This document shows positions 18,735 through 29,243 of a stretch of DNA of 64,000 bases, piece by piece (within the stretch, counting starts at the first letter, position 1; every line of letters begins with the position of its first letter). A program made the position numbers and the translations under genes. Origin of the DNA: Bacteroides sp. (GTDB taxonomy: Bacteria; Bacteroidota; Bacteroidia; Bacteroidales; Bacteroidaceae); the NCBI GenBank assembly GCA_017471925.1, contig JAFURM010000008.1:14861-78860 (forward strand). Reading direction: 5' to 3'. The notes below the pieces were generated by a model. That model was given only the letters and a program-made list of their open reading frames with translations. It did not search any database and was not told the DNA's origin.

Positions 18735-20429
18735 ATGAATCATACAATGAAAAATAAACTATTCATCATAGCAACATTGGCCGGTGCCATGGCCCTCGGG
18801 TCCTGCGACGACTTCCTGACATCGGAAAACACCACACAGGCCAATCAGGACTCATTCTTCAACAGCGACGAAGCTGTAGAGAATGCAACAGCTCCGCTCT
18901 ACAACTACGTGTGGAACAGCTTCAACAACAAAGCCTACTACAGCATGGGCGACGGACGTGCCAACAACATCACCGCCCGCTGGTCGGACTACATCTATCC
19001 CTACACCAACTTCACAGAGACGGCCCTCAGTCCCGGTCTGGAAGATGCATGGGGCTCGTTCTACTCCGTCATCGCACAGGTGAACTACACCATCAACAAC
19101 GTGCGCGACAAGTCTACGGCCGACGTAAGCGAAGGGGCCAAGACACAGGCCTATGCCGAATGCCGCTTCATGCGCGGACTGGCCTACTGGTATCTGGCTT
19201 CTCTGTGGGGCAAGGCTATCATCTATGAGAACACAGCCGACCTGGTGAGCAACTCCGTTGTTCCTGCCCATCGTGGTGTGGACGTCATGGAATTTGCCAT
19301 CCGCGACCTGGAATATGCCGCCGTAAACCTGAGCAAGACAGCCGCCAACCCCGGCCGCGTCACCTGCTACAGTGCCTATGGCATCCTCTCCCGTGTCTAT
19401 CTCTCAATGGCCGGCCTGACCACCGACGGCCAATACACCGGCAGCAACATCGCCACAGACTTCAACCGTGGCACACGCAACAGCTACTACCTGGACCTGG
19501 CCAAGCAGGCAGCACTGAAGGCCATCGAAGGACCGTATGAATTGCTGGACAACTACGGCGACCTTTTCTCCGTGGCCAAGACCAACAACAACAGCGAGTC
19601 CGTATTCCAGCTGCAATGGCTCTCTGGAAGCACCGACGCCATCGGTTGGGGTGCCAACAACCAGATGCCCGCCTTCTTCGCCTGGTCTACCATGGTGGGC
19701 GAGACCAACTGGGGCAACGCCACCTACGCCTCCTATGACCTGGTGCGCACCTATGACCCGCAAGACCGCATACGCCGCCACTACACCATCGCGACCGTAG
19801 GCGAATACTACGAGGACCTGAACATCAAGAACGGCGGTTACACCTACAACGAGACCGAGACCGGATATGAGGACCGGTGCAACATCAAGAAGTACGTCAT
19901 TGGCAAGTTGGAAGACAACGGCATCAGCTATCAGCAGAGCAGTGGCCTGAACACCTACATGATGCGCCTGGCCGAAATCTACCTGAACCTGGCTGAAGCC
20001 ATCTTGGGCAACAACGAGTCTACCAGCGACCCCACTGCCCTGACCTACTTCAACAAGGTTCGCGCACGTGCCCAGATGCCGGCCCTGGAGTCCATCAACT
20101 ATGATGCCATCCACTATGAACGCCGCATTGAGCTGGCTCTCGAAGGCCAGTACTGGTATGACCTCCTGCGCCGTGCCTACTACAAGCAGCAGGAAGTGGT
20201 GAACTACCTGAACAACCAAGACCGCAACGCCGGTTACGAATGGAATGAAGCCGAGGCTTGCCAGTATGAAAAAACCAGCGATGCCACCGACGTATCCACA
20301 GCTACCGTCAGCCACCTGTTACTCCCCGTCTCGGACGTAGACCGTGGACGCAACCCGTTGCTGAACGATGCTCCCATCTCCTACGAATTCGGCGAGCGTG
20401 AAGTGACCACACAAGATTTGTTCAACTGA
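18735..20429 (+). CDS. susD: SusD-like glycan-binding lipoprotein
   Basis: Lipobox LGSC-DDFL, AECRFMRG, MRLAEIYL, ERRIELALEGQYWYDLLR (alternative start at 18747). Confidence 0.95.
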   Translation: MNHTMKNKLFIIATLAGAMALGSCDDFLTSENTTQANQDSFFNSDEAVENATAPLYNYVWNSFNNKAYYSMGDGRANNITARWSDYIYPYTNFTETALSPGLEDAWGSFYSVIAQVNYTINNVRDKSTADVSEGAKTQAYAECRFMRGLAYWYLASLWGKAIIYENTADLVSNSVVPAHRGVDVMEFAIRDLEYAAVNLSKTAANPGRVTCYSAYGILSRVYLSMAGLTTDGQYTGSNIATDFNRGTRNSYYLDLAKQAALKAIEGPYELLDNYGDLFSVAKTNNNSESVFQLQWLSGSTDAIGWGANNQMPAFFAWSTMVGETNWGNATYASYDLVRTYDPQDRIRRHYTIATVGEYYEDLNIKNGGYTYNETETGYEDRCNIKKYVIGKLEDNGISYQQSSGLNTYMMRLAEIYLNLAEAILGNNESTSDPTALTYFNKVRARAQMPALESINYDAIHYERRIELALEGQYWYDLLRRAYYKQQEVVNYLNNQDRNAGYEWNEAEACQYEKTSDATDVSTATVSHLLLPVSDVDRGRNPLLNDAPISYEFGEREVTTQDLFN

Positions 20430-20446
20430 TTAATACCGATAAACAT

Positions 20447-21853
20447 ATGAAAAGTATAAAATATATCTGGACACTCTGTCTGGCAGCCCTGTCGGTTGGT
20501 TTCAGTGCCTGCAACGAAGACGATGAATACTTCGACAGCAAATACCAGGACACACCGATTGTCATCAACAAGATCTATTTGGAAGACGCCGAGTCTTCAG
20601 TTCCCGACCGTCTGGTAGAGTTTGCCCGCCTCGGTCAGATGATTCGCGTGGAGGGTAGCGGACTGATGGGCATGAAGAAGGTGTACATCAACGGTTATGA
20701 CACCTACTTCAACCGTGCCTACGTGAGCGACAACTCCATGCTCATCCAAATCAACAGCAAGACTCCCGTAGTGGATGCCGAACCCGAAGAGCGTGACATC
20801 ATCCGCTTCGTGAAGGACAACACCGAAACAGCCTACAACTTCACCATCCGTGCAGCATCACCCTCGGTAAGCGGCATCAATACCACACTGCCCATGCCTG
20901 GCGAAATCGTCATCGTCTCTGGTACCAACCTGCACGAAACGAGCTCTGTCACTCTGCCTGACGGTACACAAGTGACCAACATCACCAACGATGAAGACGG
21001 CGAATGGTACTCCTTCGTCATGCCCGAAGGCGTAAGCGAGACCGGTGGTTCCATCCTCTCCGAAGGTGCCCACGGCTCAGCCAAATCACCGGCCTGTTTC
21101 AATGAGCGCAGAGGCATCATACTGGACTTCGACGGCACCGGCGTACAGGGCGGTTGGAGTGCCACCTACACCTCGGACGACCTGACCACAGACCCCCTGG
21201 AGACAGGACGCGGCAACGTAGTGTCTGCCATTCCGGCCAGCGCATTGGAAGAGGGCGGCATCCAGAGCGGTGCCAACGGCAAGGGTTGGTTCACAGCCGG
21301 CGGCGAGAAGGGCGCATGGAGCGACGCCACCGAAAACTGGACACGCTTCTACGACCTGATTCCGGCCGAGACTCCGGTAAGCAATATTGCCTTGCAGTTT
21401 GATGTTTACGTGCCCGAACCTTGGAGCACAGGCATGCTGGAATTCACGTTCCAGAACAACCTCTCCAGCTACGGCTATGGTTCCACTGAGACCAAGAACA
21501 CTACCAACATCGCCTATCCTACAGCTGTCTTATGGATTCCTTGGTTGGTAGACGGTGAAGTAGTGCCCTATCAGAGCGAAGGCTGGACCACCATCACCAT
21601 CCCCATCTCCAGCGTGGGCAAATACCAAGACACCGAGTCGGCCTATACCTTTGCCGACGTAGTGGCCGACCGCGCGGTTGCAAGCTATGCCAACTTCGGT
21701 ATGTTCTTTGTCAATGGTGATGTAGTGGATGAAGAGCTTGGTTATAACTTTGCTGCCACAGCGTTCAATCAGAACATCTACGTGGACAACTGGCGTCTCG
21801 TTCCCTTTGAGACTTTCATCATCTCCGACTACCCGGAAGATGATGCCGAATAA
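20447..21853 (+). CDS. Surface glycan-binding lipoprotein (SGBP-B-like, IPT/TIG domains)
   Basis: Lipobox FSAC followed by acidic NEDDE, Ig-like repeats, Trp-rich C-terminal domain; position after susD. Confidence 0.85.
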   Translation: MKSIKYIWTLCLAALSVGFSACNEDDEYFDSKYQDTPIVINKIYLEDAESSVPDRLVEFARLGQMIRVEGSGLMGMKKVYINGYDTYFNRAYVSDNSMLIQINSKTPVVDAEPEERDIIRFVKDNTETAYNFTIRAASPSVSGINTTLPMPGEIVIVSGTNLHETSSVTLPDGTQVTNITNDEDGEWYSFVMPEGVSETGGSILSEGAHGSAKSPACFNERRGIILDFDGTGVQGGWSATYTSDDLTTDPLETGRGNVVSAIPASALEEGGIQSGANGKGWFTAGGEKGAWSDATENWTRFYDLIPAETPVSNIALQFDVYVPEPWSTGMLEFTFQNNLSSYGYGSTETKNTTNIAYPTAVLWIPWLVDGEVVPYQSEGWTTITIPISSVGKYQDTESAYTFADVVADRAVASYANFGMFFVNGDVVDEELGYNFAATAFNQNIYVDNWRLVPFETFIISDYPEDDAE

Positions 21854-21888
21854 ATCTAATCGTAACACATATTTAAAGAACAACAATT

Positions 21889-24240
21889 ATGAAACTAAAT
21901 AGAATCATTCTTCCGGTAATGGCTTGCGCGCTGACCATGAGCAGCTGCGACGACCAAGTGATGGAATGGGGCCGGCCGGACTATCAGGGCGAAATCAGCT
22001 CTTCCGACATTCCCCTCAACCTGAAAGAAAAGATTGGCAACTATGACTACATCAAGACTTATGCCGCCCAATACACCCCCAACCTGAAGGTAGGCTTGGG
22101 ATTGGGTGCCGACAAGTACCTCAGCGATGCCCAGTATAGCGCCGTGGCCGATGCCAACTTCCAGATGTACACCACCGGTAATGCCATGAAGCACTCCTCG
22201 GTAGTGAAGAACAACGGTGACCTGAACTTCACCACCATCGATGCCTTCCTGGCAAAGGTTCCGCAAGACGTGCAGATTTACGGTCACAACTTCCTGTGGC
22301 ACACACAGCAGAAGCAGGCTTACCTGAAGACCTTGATTGCACCGGAAGTGAAGATTGAAACAAGCAGTGATGATGTATGCGAGAACGTAGTGACCAACTA
22401 TGGTTTTGAAGACGGTACTTCCGGCTGGACCGGTCTTTGGGGCAAGTACACTTATGAAGTGGTACAGCCCGGACATGACAGCGACAATGCCATTCACTTC
22501 ACCATCAGCGATGAGTGCGTGAATAATTATGATGCCCAGCTTTTCTGGCCCATCAGCCCGTTCCTGGAGGTTGGTGTCACTTATGCCTACTCCTTCTGGG
22601 CAAAAAGCGATAGCGGACTGGCCGTACAGTTCATGGGGCAGAACGCTGACTACGGCGGTATCTATAAAGATATATTCACCCCCGGTAGCGACTGGACACT
22701 CTGTCAGGGTGAGTTCACCTACAGCGAAGGCGATGCTGTCGACATTGAGCGTGTAGGTATCATGTTCGGTGGTGAGCCGGGTAGCCAGTTGTGGGTAGAT
22801 GACTTCAAGTTTGGCAAGAAGATTGAAGGCCCTACCAACTATGTGACCAACGGTTCTTTCGAAGACGGTGTTAATGAATGGACAATCTCCAACGTAAGCG
22901 GTGGCATAGAAAGCGTAGCATTGGACGATGCCATCAACGGAAAGAACGTACTGAAGATGGTTGCATCAGCTGACGTTGTCAACGCATGGGATCTGCAAGT
23001 AACCAGTGCAGCCCTGCCGACCCTTCCAGGCAAAAAGGTTCAACTGTCATTCTATGTCAAGTCTGACCAAGAAGGTCAGGGACGTGTATCATTCTCCTCT
23101 GACCTTTCCAACCAATGGCCCTGGATGAACTGGACCGGTTCTCAGGATGGTTGGTCAGAAGCTTTCAAGACATCTACTACTTGGACACAGATTAACGTCG
23201 TACTGCAAAACTTCAATACAGACTTCGTTGAAGGTGCTTCAACCTGGACATTCAATCTGGACTTCGGTTATCTGCCCGGCGTAACCTACTACATTGACGA
23301 TGTAAAGGTCATTGAATATGTAGAAGAAGAGGCCGCTACCCGTGCAGCCACCCGTGCAGGAGGCATGACATTCATCTACAAGACCGCTGAAGAGAAGAAG
23401 GAGATTCTGTTGGGTGCCATGGAGTCATGGATTAAGGGTATAGCCGAGCATGTAGAATCACAGGCTCCCGGTCGCGTAGTGGCATGGGACGTGATTAACG
23501 AGCCTATCAGCGACAACAGCAAGTGGCGCGGCATCGACGGCAGTTTCATGGACGGAGATGCTGAACCGGTAGAAGAGAACGGACTCAACCTGAACTGGGA
23601 GAGCGACCACTGGTACTGGGGCTACTACATCGGTAAGGAATATGCTCCGAAAGCCTTCGAATATGCCCGCCAATACTGCGCTGCCAACACGAAACTGTTC
23701 GTGAACGACTACAACCTGGAGACCAATCCCAGCAAGCTGACTGCCCTGATTGAGTTCGCCAAATACATTGATGAAAACAATGCTACAGGCACTGCCCTCG
23801 TTGACGGTATCGGCACACAGATGCACGTCTCCACCAGCATCACCCGTGAAGAGGTGGATGCCATGTTCAAGACGATGGCCGCCACAGGCAAGCTGGTTCG
23901 CGTGACCGAGCTGGATGTACGTTTGGATACCAGCACACCCTCAGCCGAAGAACTGGAGGCACAGGCCAACACCTATCAGATGATATTCGAATCCTACAAG
24001 GCCAACGTGCCCGAAGCACAGCAGTCCGGCATCACCATCTGGACCCTGACCGATGCCGAGGATGAACACGAATACTGGCTGAGCGGCGACGCCCCCAACC
24101 TGTTTGATGCCAACTATGCACGCAAGCACGCCTACAAGGGTGTATGCGACGGCATCGCCGGATTCGACATCAGCACTACTTTCAACGGTGACGACTGGAA
24201 AGACCTCTACGTGACCGAAGAAGTACCTGAAGAAGAATAA
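21889..24240 (+). CDS. Surface GH10 endo-xylanase interrupted by two CBM4-like modules
   Basis: Lipobox MSSC; GNAMKH, GHNFLWH, then two N.GFEDG/NGSFEDG modules, then WDVINEP and RVTELD catalytic motifs. Confidence 0.9.
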   Translation: MKLNRIILPVMACALTMSSCDDQVMEWGRPDYQGEISSSDIPLNLKEKIGNYDYIKTYAAQYTPNLKVGLGLGADKYLSDAQYSAVADANFQMYTTGNAMKHSSVVKNNGDLNFTTIDAFLAKVPQDVQIYGHNFLWHTQQKQAYLKTLIAPEVKIETSSDDVCENVVTNYGFEDGTSGWTGLWGKYTYEVVQPGHDSDNAIHFTISDECVNNYDAQLFWPISPFLEVGVTYAYSFWAKSDSGLAVQFMGQNADYGGIYKDIFTPGSDWTLCQGEFTYSEGDAVDIERVGIMFGGEPGSQLWVDDFKFGKKIEGPTNYVTNGSFEDGVNEWTISNVSGGIESVALDDAINGKNVLKMVASADVVNAWDLQVTSAALPTLPGKKVQLSFYVKSDQEGQGRVSFSSDLSNQWPWMNWTGSQDGWSEAFKTSTTWTQINVVLQNFNTDFVEGASTWTFNLDFGYLPGVTYYIDDVKVIEYVEEEAATRAATRAGGMTFIYKTAEEKKEILLGAMESWIKGIAEHVESQAPGRVVAWDVINEPISDNSKWRGIDGSFMDGDAEPVEENGLNLNWESDHWYWGYYIGKEYAPKAFEYARQYCAANTKLFVNDYNLETNPSKLTALIEFAKYIDENNATGTALVDGIGTQMHVSTSITREEVDAMFKTMAATGKLVRVTELDVRLDTSTPSAEELEAQANTYQMIFESYKANVPEAQQSGITIWTLTDAEDEHEYWLSGDAPNLFDANYARKHAYKGVCDGIAGFDISTTFNGDDWKDLYVTEEVPEEE

Positions 24241-24263
24241 GTTCCCCTGAAAAGACAAAGCCC

Positions 24264-24298
24264 AAGAATTGGTAAGGCCGCGTGCCTTACCAATTCTT
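24264..24298 (+). terminator. Intra-operon stem-loop
   Basis: Perfect 15-bp stem AAGAATTGGTAAGGC / GCCTTACCAATTCTT with no long T tract. Confidence 0.75.
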
Positions 24299-24319
24299 CA
24301 TCATCACATCCTTATAATC

Positions 24320-26038
24320 ATGACAAGAAGAACCATCATCATCCTGTTGCTCACCCTCCTCGTATGGACCGGCCTGTCCGCACAAAGAAGCAGCCTGCAC
24401 CGACAAGGGACAGCCACCCAACTTCTGGTAGACGGGAAACCCTTCATCATCCTGGGAGGCGAGCTGGGTAACTCCTCGGCATCCTGCAATGAAGACATTG
24501 AACGCATCTTCCCCAAGCTGCAACGCATGGGACTGAACACCGTACTGGTGCCCGCCTACTGGGACCTGACGGAACCGGAAGAGGGCGTATTCGACTTCTC
24601 GCTGACCGACAAGGTGGTGGAACAAGCACGCAAGAACGACCTGAAGGTCATCTTCCTGTGGTTCGGCGCATGGAAAAACTCCATGAGTTGCTATGCCCCC
24701 CAGTGGTTCAAGGAAGACTATAAGAAATATCCGCGCGCACGCACACAGAGTGGCAAGCCGCTGGAAATAGCCAGCGCATTCTCCGAAAACGTATTCCAAG
24801 CAGACAACCGTGCTTTTTCTCAATGGATGAGACATCTGACAGCCATTGATAAAGAGGAAGGGACCGTCATCATGATACAGATAGAGAATGAAATCGGCAT
24901 GCTGGAGGAGGCCAGGGATTATTCGCCCGAGGCCGACAAAGCCTTTCGGTCTGCCGTGCCCCAAGCCCTCATGGACTACCTGCAGCGCAACAGGAAACAG
25001 CTCCATCCCCAAATGCTGAAGAAGTGGGAGAGTCAGGAGTGCAAGCGGGAAGGCAACTGGCAGGAGGTCTTTGGCGACGACCTCTACACCGACGAACTCT
25101 TCATGGCCTGGCACTATGCCGCCTACGTGGAGCGCATGGCACAGACGGCACGCGCCATCTACAACGTGCCGCTCTACGTGAACGCAGCCATGAACAGCCG
25201 CAACCGCAAGCCGGGAGAATATCCCTCGGCCGGACCGTTGGCCCACCTGATAGACGTGTGGCACTGTGCCGCACCCAGTATAGACCTGTTGGCACCCGAC
25301 CTGTATGACAACGGCTTCACCGACTGGGTGGCCCAATACCATCGGCACAACAATCCCCTGTTCATCCCCGAAATCCGCCTGACCGACAATGACGGCGTAA
25401 GGGCTTTCTACATCCTGGGCGAGCACGATGCCATCGGCATCAGCCCCTTCTCCATTGAAGACGGTTCGGACCATCCGGACAATCTCTTGGTGAGAAGCTA
25501 CCGGAAGCTCCGCGAGCTGGCACCGCTCATCGCCCGCCATCAGGGCAAGGGAGTCATGAAGGGAGTGCTGTTCGACCAGCAGAACAAGGAACGCCAGCTC
25601 ACCTTTGACGACCTGACACTGACCTGCCGCCACAACTTCACCCTGCCCTGGGACCCGCGTGCCACCGACGGCAGCGTCTGGCCCGAAGGGGGTGGCATCG
25701 TGCTGAAGTTAGCCCGCAACGAATACATCGTGGCCGGCAACGGCATAGTCATTGAGTTTGCCAAGAGCAGCGAGAAGGCACAGGCCAACGCAGCCCGGCA
25801 GTTGGGTGAAGACGGTTTCGTGGCCAACGGAAGCAACAGACAAGAGGCTGCAAGCAACGGTCGTTGGCAAGGCATGCGCTGTGGCATCGCCTCGGTGGAC
25901 GAGGTGAAGGTGAACCCTGACGGCAGCCTCAGCTACCTGCGCCGCCTGAACGGCGACCAGGACCACCAGGGGCGTCACGTGCGCATATCTGTGGGCGACC
26001 TCAAGGTGCTGCATGTGAAACTGTACGAATATAAATAG
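24320..26038 (+). CDS. GH35-like glycosidase (DUF5597-type C-terminus)
   Basis: Signal peptide; GGELGNSS, WFGAWKNS, MIQIENE (acid/base), FIPE (nucleophile). Confidence 0.8.
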   Translation: MTRRTIIILLLTLLVWTGLSAQRSSLHRQGTATQLLVDGKPFIILGGELGNSSASCNEDIERIFPKLQRMGLNTVLVPAYWDLTEPEEGVFDFSLTDKVVEQARKNDLKVIFLWFGAWKNSMSCYAPQWFKEDYKKYPRARTQSGKPLEIASAFSENVFQADNRAFSQWMRHLTAIDKEEGTVIMIQIENEIGMLEEARDYSPEADKAFRSAVPQALMDYLQRNRKQLHPQMLKKWESQECKREGNWQEVFGDDLYTDELFMAWHYAAYVERMAQTARAIYNVPLYVNAAMNSRNRKPGEYPSAGPLAHLIDVWHCAAPSIDLLAPDLYDNGFTDWVAQYHRHNNPLFIPEIRLTDNDGVRAFYILGEHDAIGISPFSIEDGSDHPDNLLVRSYRKLRELAPLIARHQGKGVMKGVLFDQQNKERQLTFDDLTLTCRHNFTLPWDPRATDGSVWPEGGGIVLKLARNEYIVAGNGIVIEFAKSSEKAQANAARQLGEDGFVANGSNRQEAASNGRWQGMRCGIASVDEVKVNPDGSLSYLRRLNGDQDHQGRHVRISVGDLKVLHVKLYEYK

Positions 26039-26061
26039 GTGTAACCACTATATATAATAAG

Positions 26062-27768
26062 GTGATGAAAACAGACTTTCGACATAGCATAATCAGATTA
26101 GGAGTGGCAGCGTTGCTTTGCCTTTGCACCACCGGTGAGGTGGAGGCAAAGGTGAAGCTGCCTGCCTTGATTGGCGACGGCATGGTGCTGCAGCGCGAGC
26201 AGCCTGTGCGCGTGTGGGGAAGTGCCGATGCCGGCGAGACGGTAGAGGTGAAGTTTGTACGGGTGAAGGCCGCCAAGGGCGTACAGCCCATCTCCCTGCC
26301 CACCGCCTGCAAAGGCAGCAAGCTGCAGAAGCAGTACACCGTCACGGCCAATGCCGAGGGGCAATGGAGTCTCACACTGCCGCCCCTGAAGGCCGGCGGT
26401 CCCTACCGCCTGCAAGTGAACGACCAAGTGATAGACGAAATACTGATAGGCGACGTGTGGCTATGCTCGGGACAGTCCAACATGGAGCTGCCCGTGCGAC
26501 GCGTGACCGACCTGTTTGCCGACGAGGTAGCCGCCTACGAAAACACGCAGATACGCCACATCATCATCCCCAAGGTCTATGACTTCCACGCTCCGCAGAG
26601 CGACATCCGTCCGACGGCATGGAAACCCCTGACGCAGGAAAACGTCATGGAGTTTTCGGCATTGGGCTACTTCTTCGCCAAGGAGATGTTCGGGCGCAAC
26701 GGCGGTGTCCCCATCGGACTCATCAATGCCAGCTGGGGCGGTACGCCCGTAGAGGCCTGGATCAGCGAAGAGGGACTGAAGCCCTTCCCGCAATACCTCA
26801 ACGAGAAGCGCATCTATGAAGATGATGCCTACTGCCGGAAGATAAAGGAGGTGGAGGGCCAGAACTTCTACCGCTGGAACCGTGCGCTCTACATGGCTGA
26901 TGCGGGGTTGCACGAAGCGACGCCCTGGTATGCACCGGCCTATGACGACACGGCCTGGCAGAAGGTGGAGATGTTCTCCACAGCCTGGGGCAACAACGGG
27001 CTGAACCCCATCGGCGGCTCCCACTGGCTGCGCAAGACGGTGGAAGTTCCGGCTGCGTGGGAAGGCCGGGAGGCCACCATCCGCCTGGGCTGCATCGTGG
27101 ATGCCGACTCGGTCTACGTGAACGGCACCTTCGTGGGCACCACCGGCTACCAATATCCGCCGCGCATCTACCGCATACCGGCCGGTGTGCTGAAGAGTGG
27201 GCAGAACGTGGTCACCGTGCGCATCATCAGCAACGGCGGGCAGCCCGGCTTCGTGCCCGAGAAGCCTTATAAAATCATCTGCGGCAGCGAAGAGGTTAGC
27301 CTGGAAGGAGGCTGGAAGTATCGCCTCGGCGCTCCCATGCCCAAGGCTCCGGACATGATGTTCTTCTGCTACAAGCCGGTCTGCCTGTACAATGCCATGA
27401 TTGCCCCGCTGGCCTCCTGGACGGTGAAAGGGGTCATCTGGTATCAGGGCGAGTCCAACGTCGCACGCCGCAACGAGTATGCGCCGCTGCTCTCGGCCAT
27501 GATTGCCGACTGGCGGAAGAGTTTCGGCAACGAGGAGCTTCCCTTCTACATCATCGAACTGGCCGACTTCCTGCATCCGAGCGACACGGGCGGCCGTCAG
27601 GCCTGGGCCGAACTGCGCCGCCAGCAGGCACGCGTGGCCGAAGAGAACCGTGCCACCCGTCTCGTCAGAAACAGCGACCTGGGCGAATGGAACGACATCC
27701 ATCCGTTAGACAAGAAGACGCTCGGCCAACGGGTCGTGGAGTGTATAATGGAAAGCGACAACAAGTAA
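26062..27768 (+). CDS. Sialate O-acetylesterase-family carbohydrate esterase (probable xylan deacetylase)
   Basis: LCSGQSNME, WGGTPVEAW, WYQGESN, DIHP. Confidence 0.85.
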   Translation: MMKTDFRHSIIRLGVAALLCLCTTGEVEAKVKLPALIGDGMVLQREQPVRVWGSADAGETVEVKFVRVKAAKGVQPISLPTACKGSKLQKQYTVTANAEGQWSLTLPPLKAGGPYRLQVNDQVIDEILIGDVWLCSGQSNMELPVRRVTDLFADEVAAYENTQIRHIIIPKVYDFHAPQSDIRPTAWKPLTQENVMEFSALGYFFAKEMFGRNGGVPIGLINASWGGTPVEAWISEEGLKPFPQYLNEKRIYEDDAYCRKIKEVEGQNFYRWNRALYMADAGLHEATPWYAPAYDDTAWQKVEMFSTAWGNNGLNPIGGSHWLRKTVEVPAAWEGREATIRLGCIVDADSVYVNGTFVGTTGYQYPPRIYRIPAGVLKSGQNVVTVRIISNGGQPGFVPEKPYKIICGSEEVSLEGGWKYRLGAPMPKAPDMMFFCYKPVCLYNAMIAPLASWTVKGVIWYQGESNVARRNEYAPLLSAMIADWRKSFGNEELPFYIIELADFLHPSDTGGRQAWAELRRQQARVAEENRATRLVRNSDLGEWNDIHPLDKKTLGQRVVECIMESDNK

Positions 27769-27802
27769 TCACATCGTCAACAATAAAAAACATCTCATAC
27801 TT

Positions 27803-29227
27803 ATGGACACAACTAAGAAACTGAACGAAGAATCCAAGGGATTCTACAAGCTGTCCTGGCTGCAACGCATCGGGTTCGGCTCGGGCGACCTGGCCCAGAA
27901 CCTCATCTACCAGACGGTATCCATGTATCTGCTCTTCTTCTACACCAACGTGTACGGACTGGATCCCGCCGCGGCTGCGATTATGTTCCTCATCGTACGC
28001 ATCGTGGACGTCATCTGGGATCCCTTAGTGGGCACTTTCGTGGACAAGCACAACCCCAGATGGGGCAAATACCGCGCCTATCTGGTGTTGGGCGGCATAC
28101 CGTTGACCGGCTTCGCCATCCTCTGTTTCTGGAACGGATGCTCCGGCTCACTCGTCTACGCATACGTTACATACGTGGGGCTCTCCATGTTATACACGCT
28201 CATCAATGTGCCCTATGGCGCGTTGAACTCTTCGCTTACACGCGATACCAATGAGATTACTATCCTCACCAGCACACGTATGTTCCTGGCCAACCTCGGC
28301 GGTCTGGCCGTAGCCTCGGGCATCCCCATGCTGGTGGGTTATCTGGCTCCCAAGGATGCCGAAGGGCGTGGCATCATCAACACCCCTGAAGCAAGCGACG
28401 CCTGGTTCATCACCATGGCCATCTATGCCGTCATCGGACTGGCGCTGCTCTTCTTCTGCTTCGGACAGTGCAAGGAGCGCGTAGTGATGGATGCCAAGGA
28501 GACGGCCAACGTCAAGGTGTCCGACCTGTGGCGGGAGTTCGTGAGCAACCGTCCGCTGCGCATACTGGCCTTTTTCTTCATCACGGCCTTCGCCATGATG
28601 TCGGTGGGCAATGCCGCCGGCTCCTACTACATGACGTGCAACCTCGGAGCCACGGAAAAGGAACTGGCCACCTTCATGGGGCTTGGCTCCATTCCGGCCT
28701 TCATCTTCATGCCGCTGATACCGGCCATCAAGCGGGCCGTAGGCAAGCGGGGCATGTTCTACTACTTCCTGGGCACAGCCATTGTGGGTATGGTCATGCT
28801 CTATGTCATCTCCATCGTGCCCTCACTGAAGTCACAGATGTGGCTGGTCTATGTGGCCCAGTTCGTGAAGTCCACGGGCGTCATCGTGGCCACCGGCTAC
28901 ATGTGGGCGCTGGTACCCGAAGTTATCTCCTACGGTGAATACACCCACGGCAAGCGCATCTCGGGCATCGTAAACGCCCTGACCGGCATCTTCTACAAGG
29001 CCGGCATGGCACTGGGCGGCGTAGTGCCAGGTCTCGTCCTTTCCTATGTGGCCTTCAATGCCGATAGCACGCAGCAAAGCCCGATGGCCGAGCAGGGCAT
29101 CCTGTGGCTGGTGGCCGTGATTCCCACCTTGCTGTTGCTGCTGGCCATGTTCATCATCTCCAAGTATGAACTGGACGACGAGACCATCGACAAGATTAAC
29201 CAAGAGATTGAAAAACGGAACCAATAA
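27803..29227 (+). CDS. MFS glycoside-pentoside-hexuronide (xyloside) symporter
   Basis: About 12 TM segments; [28 protein letters not shown]. Confidence 0.9.
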   Translation: MDTTKKLNEESKGFYKLSWLQRIGFGSGDLAQNLIYQTVSMYLLFFYTNVYGLDPAAAAIMFLIVRIVDVIWDPLVGTFVDKHNPRWGKYRAYLVLGGIPLTGFAILCFWNGCSGSLVYAYVTYVGLSMLYTLINVPYGALNSSLTRDTNEITILTSTRMFLANLGGLAVASGIPMLVGYLAPKDAEGRGIINTPEASDAWFITMAIYAVIGLALLFFCFGQCKERVVMDAKETANVKVSDLWREFVSNRPLRILAFFFITAFAMMSVGNAAGSYYMTCNLGATEKELATFMGLGSIPAFIFMPLIPAIKRAVGKRGMFYYFLGTAIVGMVMLYVISIVPSLKSQMWLVYVAQFVKSTGVIVATGYMWALVPEVISYGEYTHGKRISGIVNALTGIFYKAGMALGGVVPGLVLSYVAFNADSTQQSPMAEQGILWLVAVIPTLLLLLAMFIISKYELDDETIDKINQEIEKRNQ

Positions 29228-29243
29228 CCAACTCCGCACAGAC

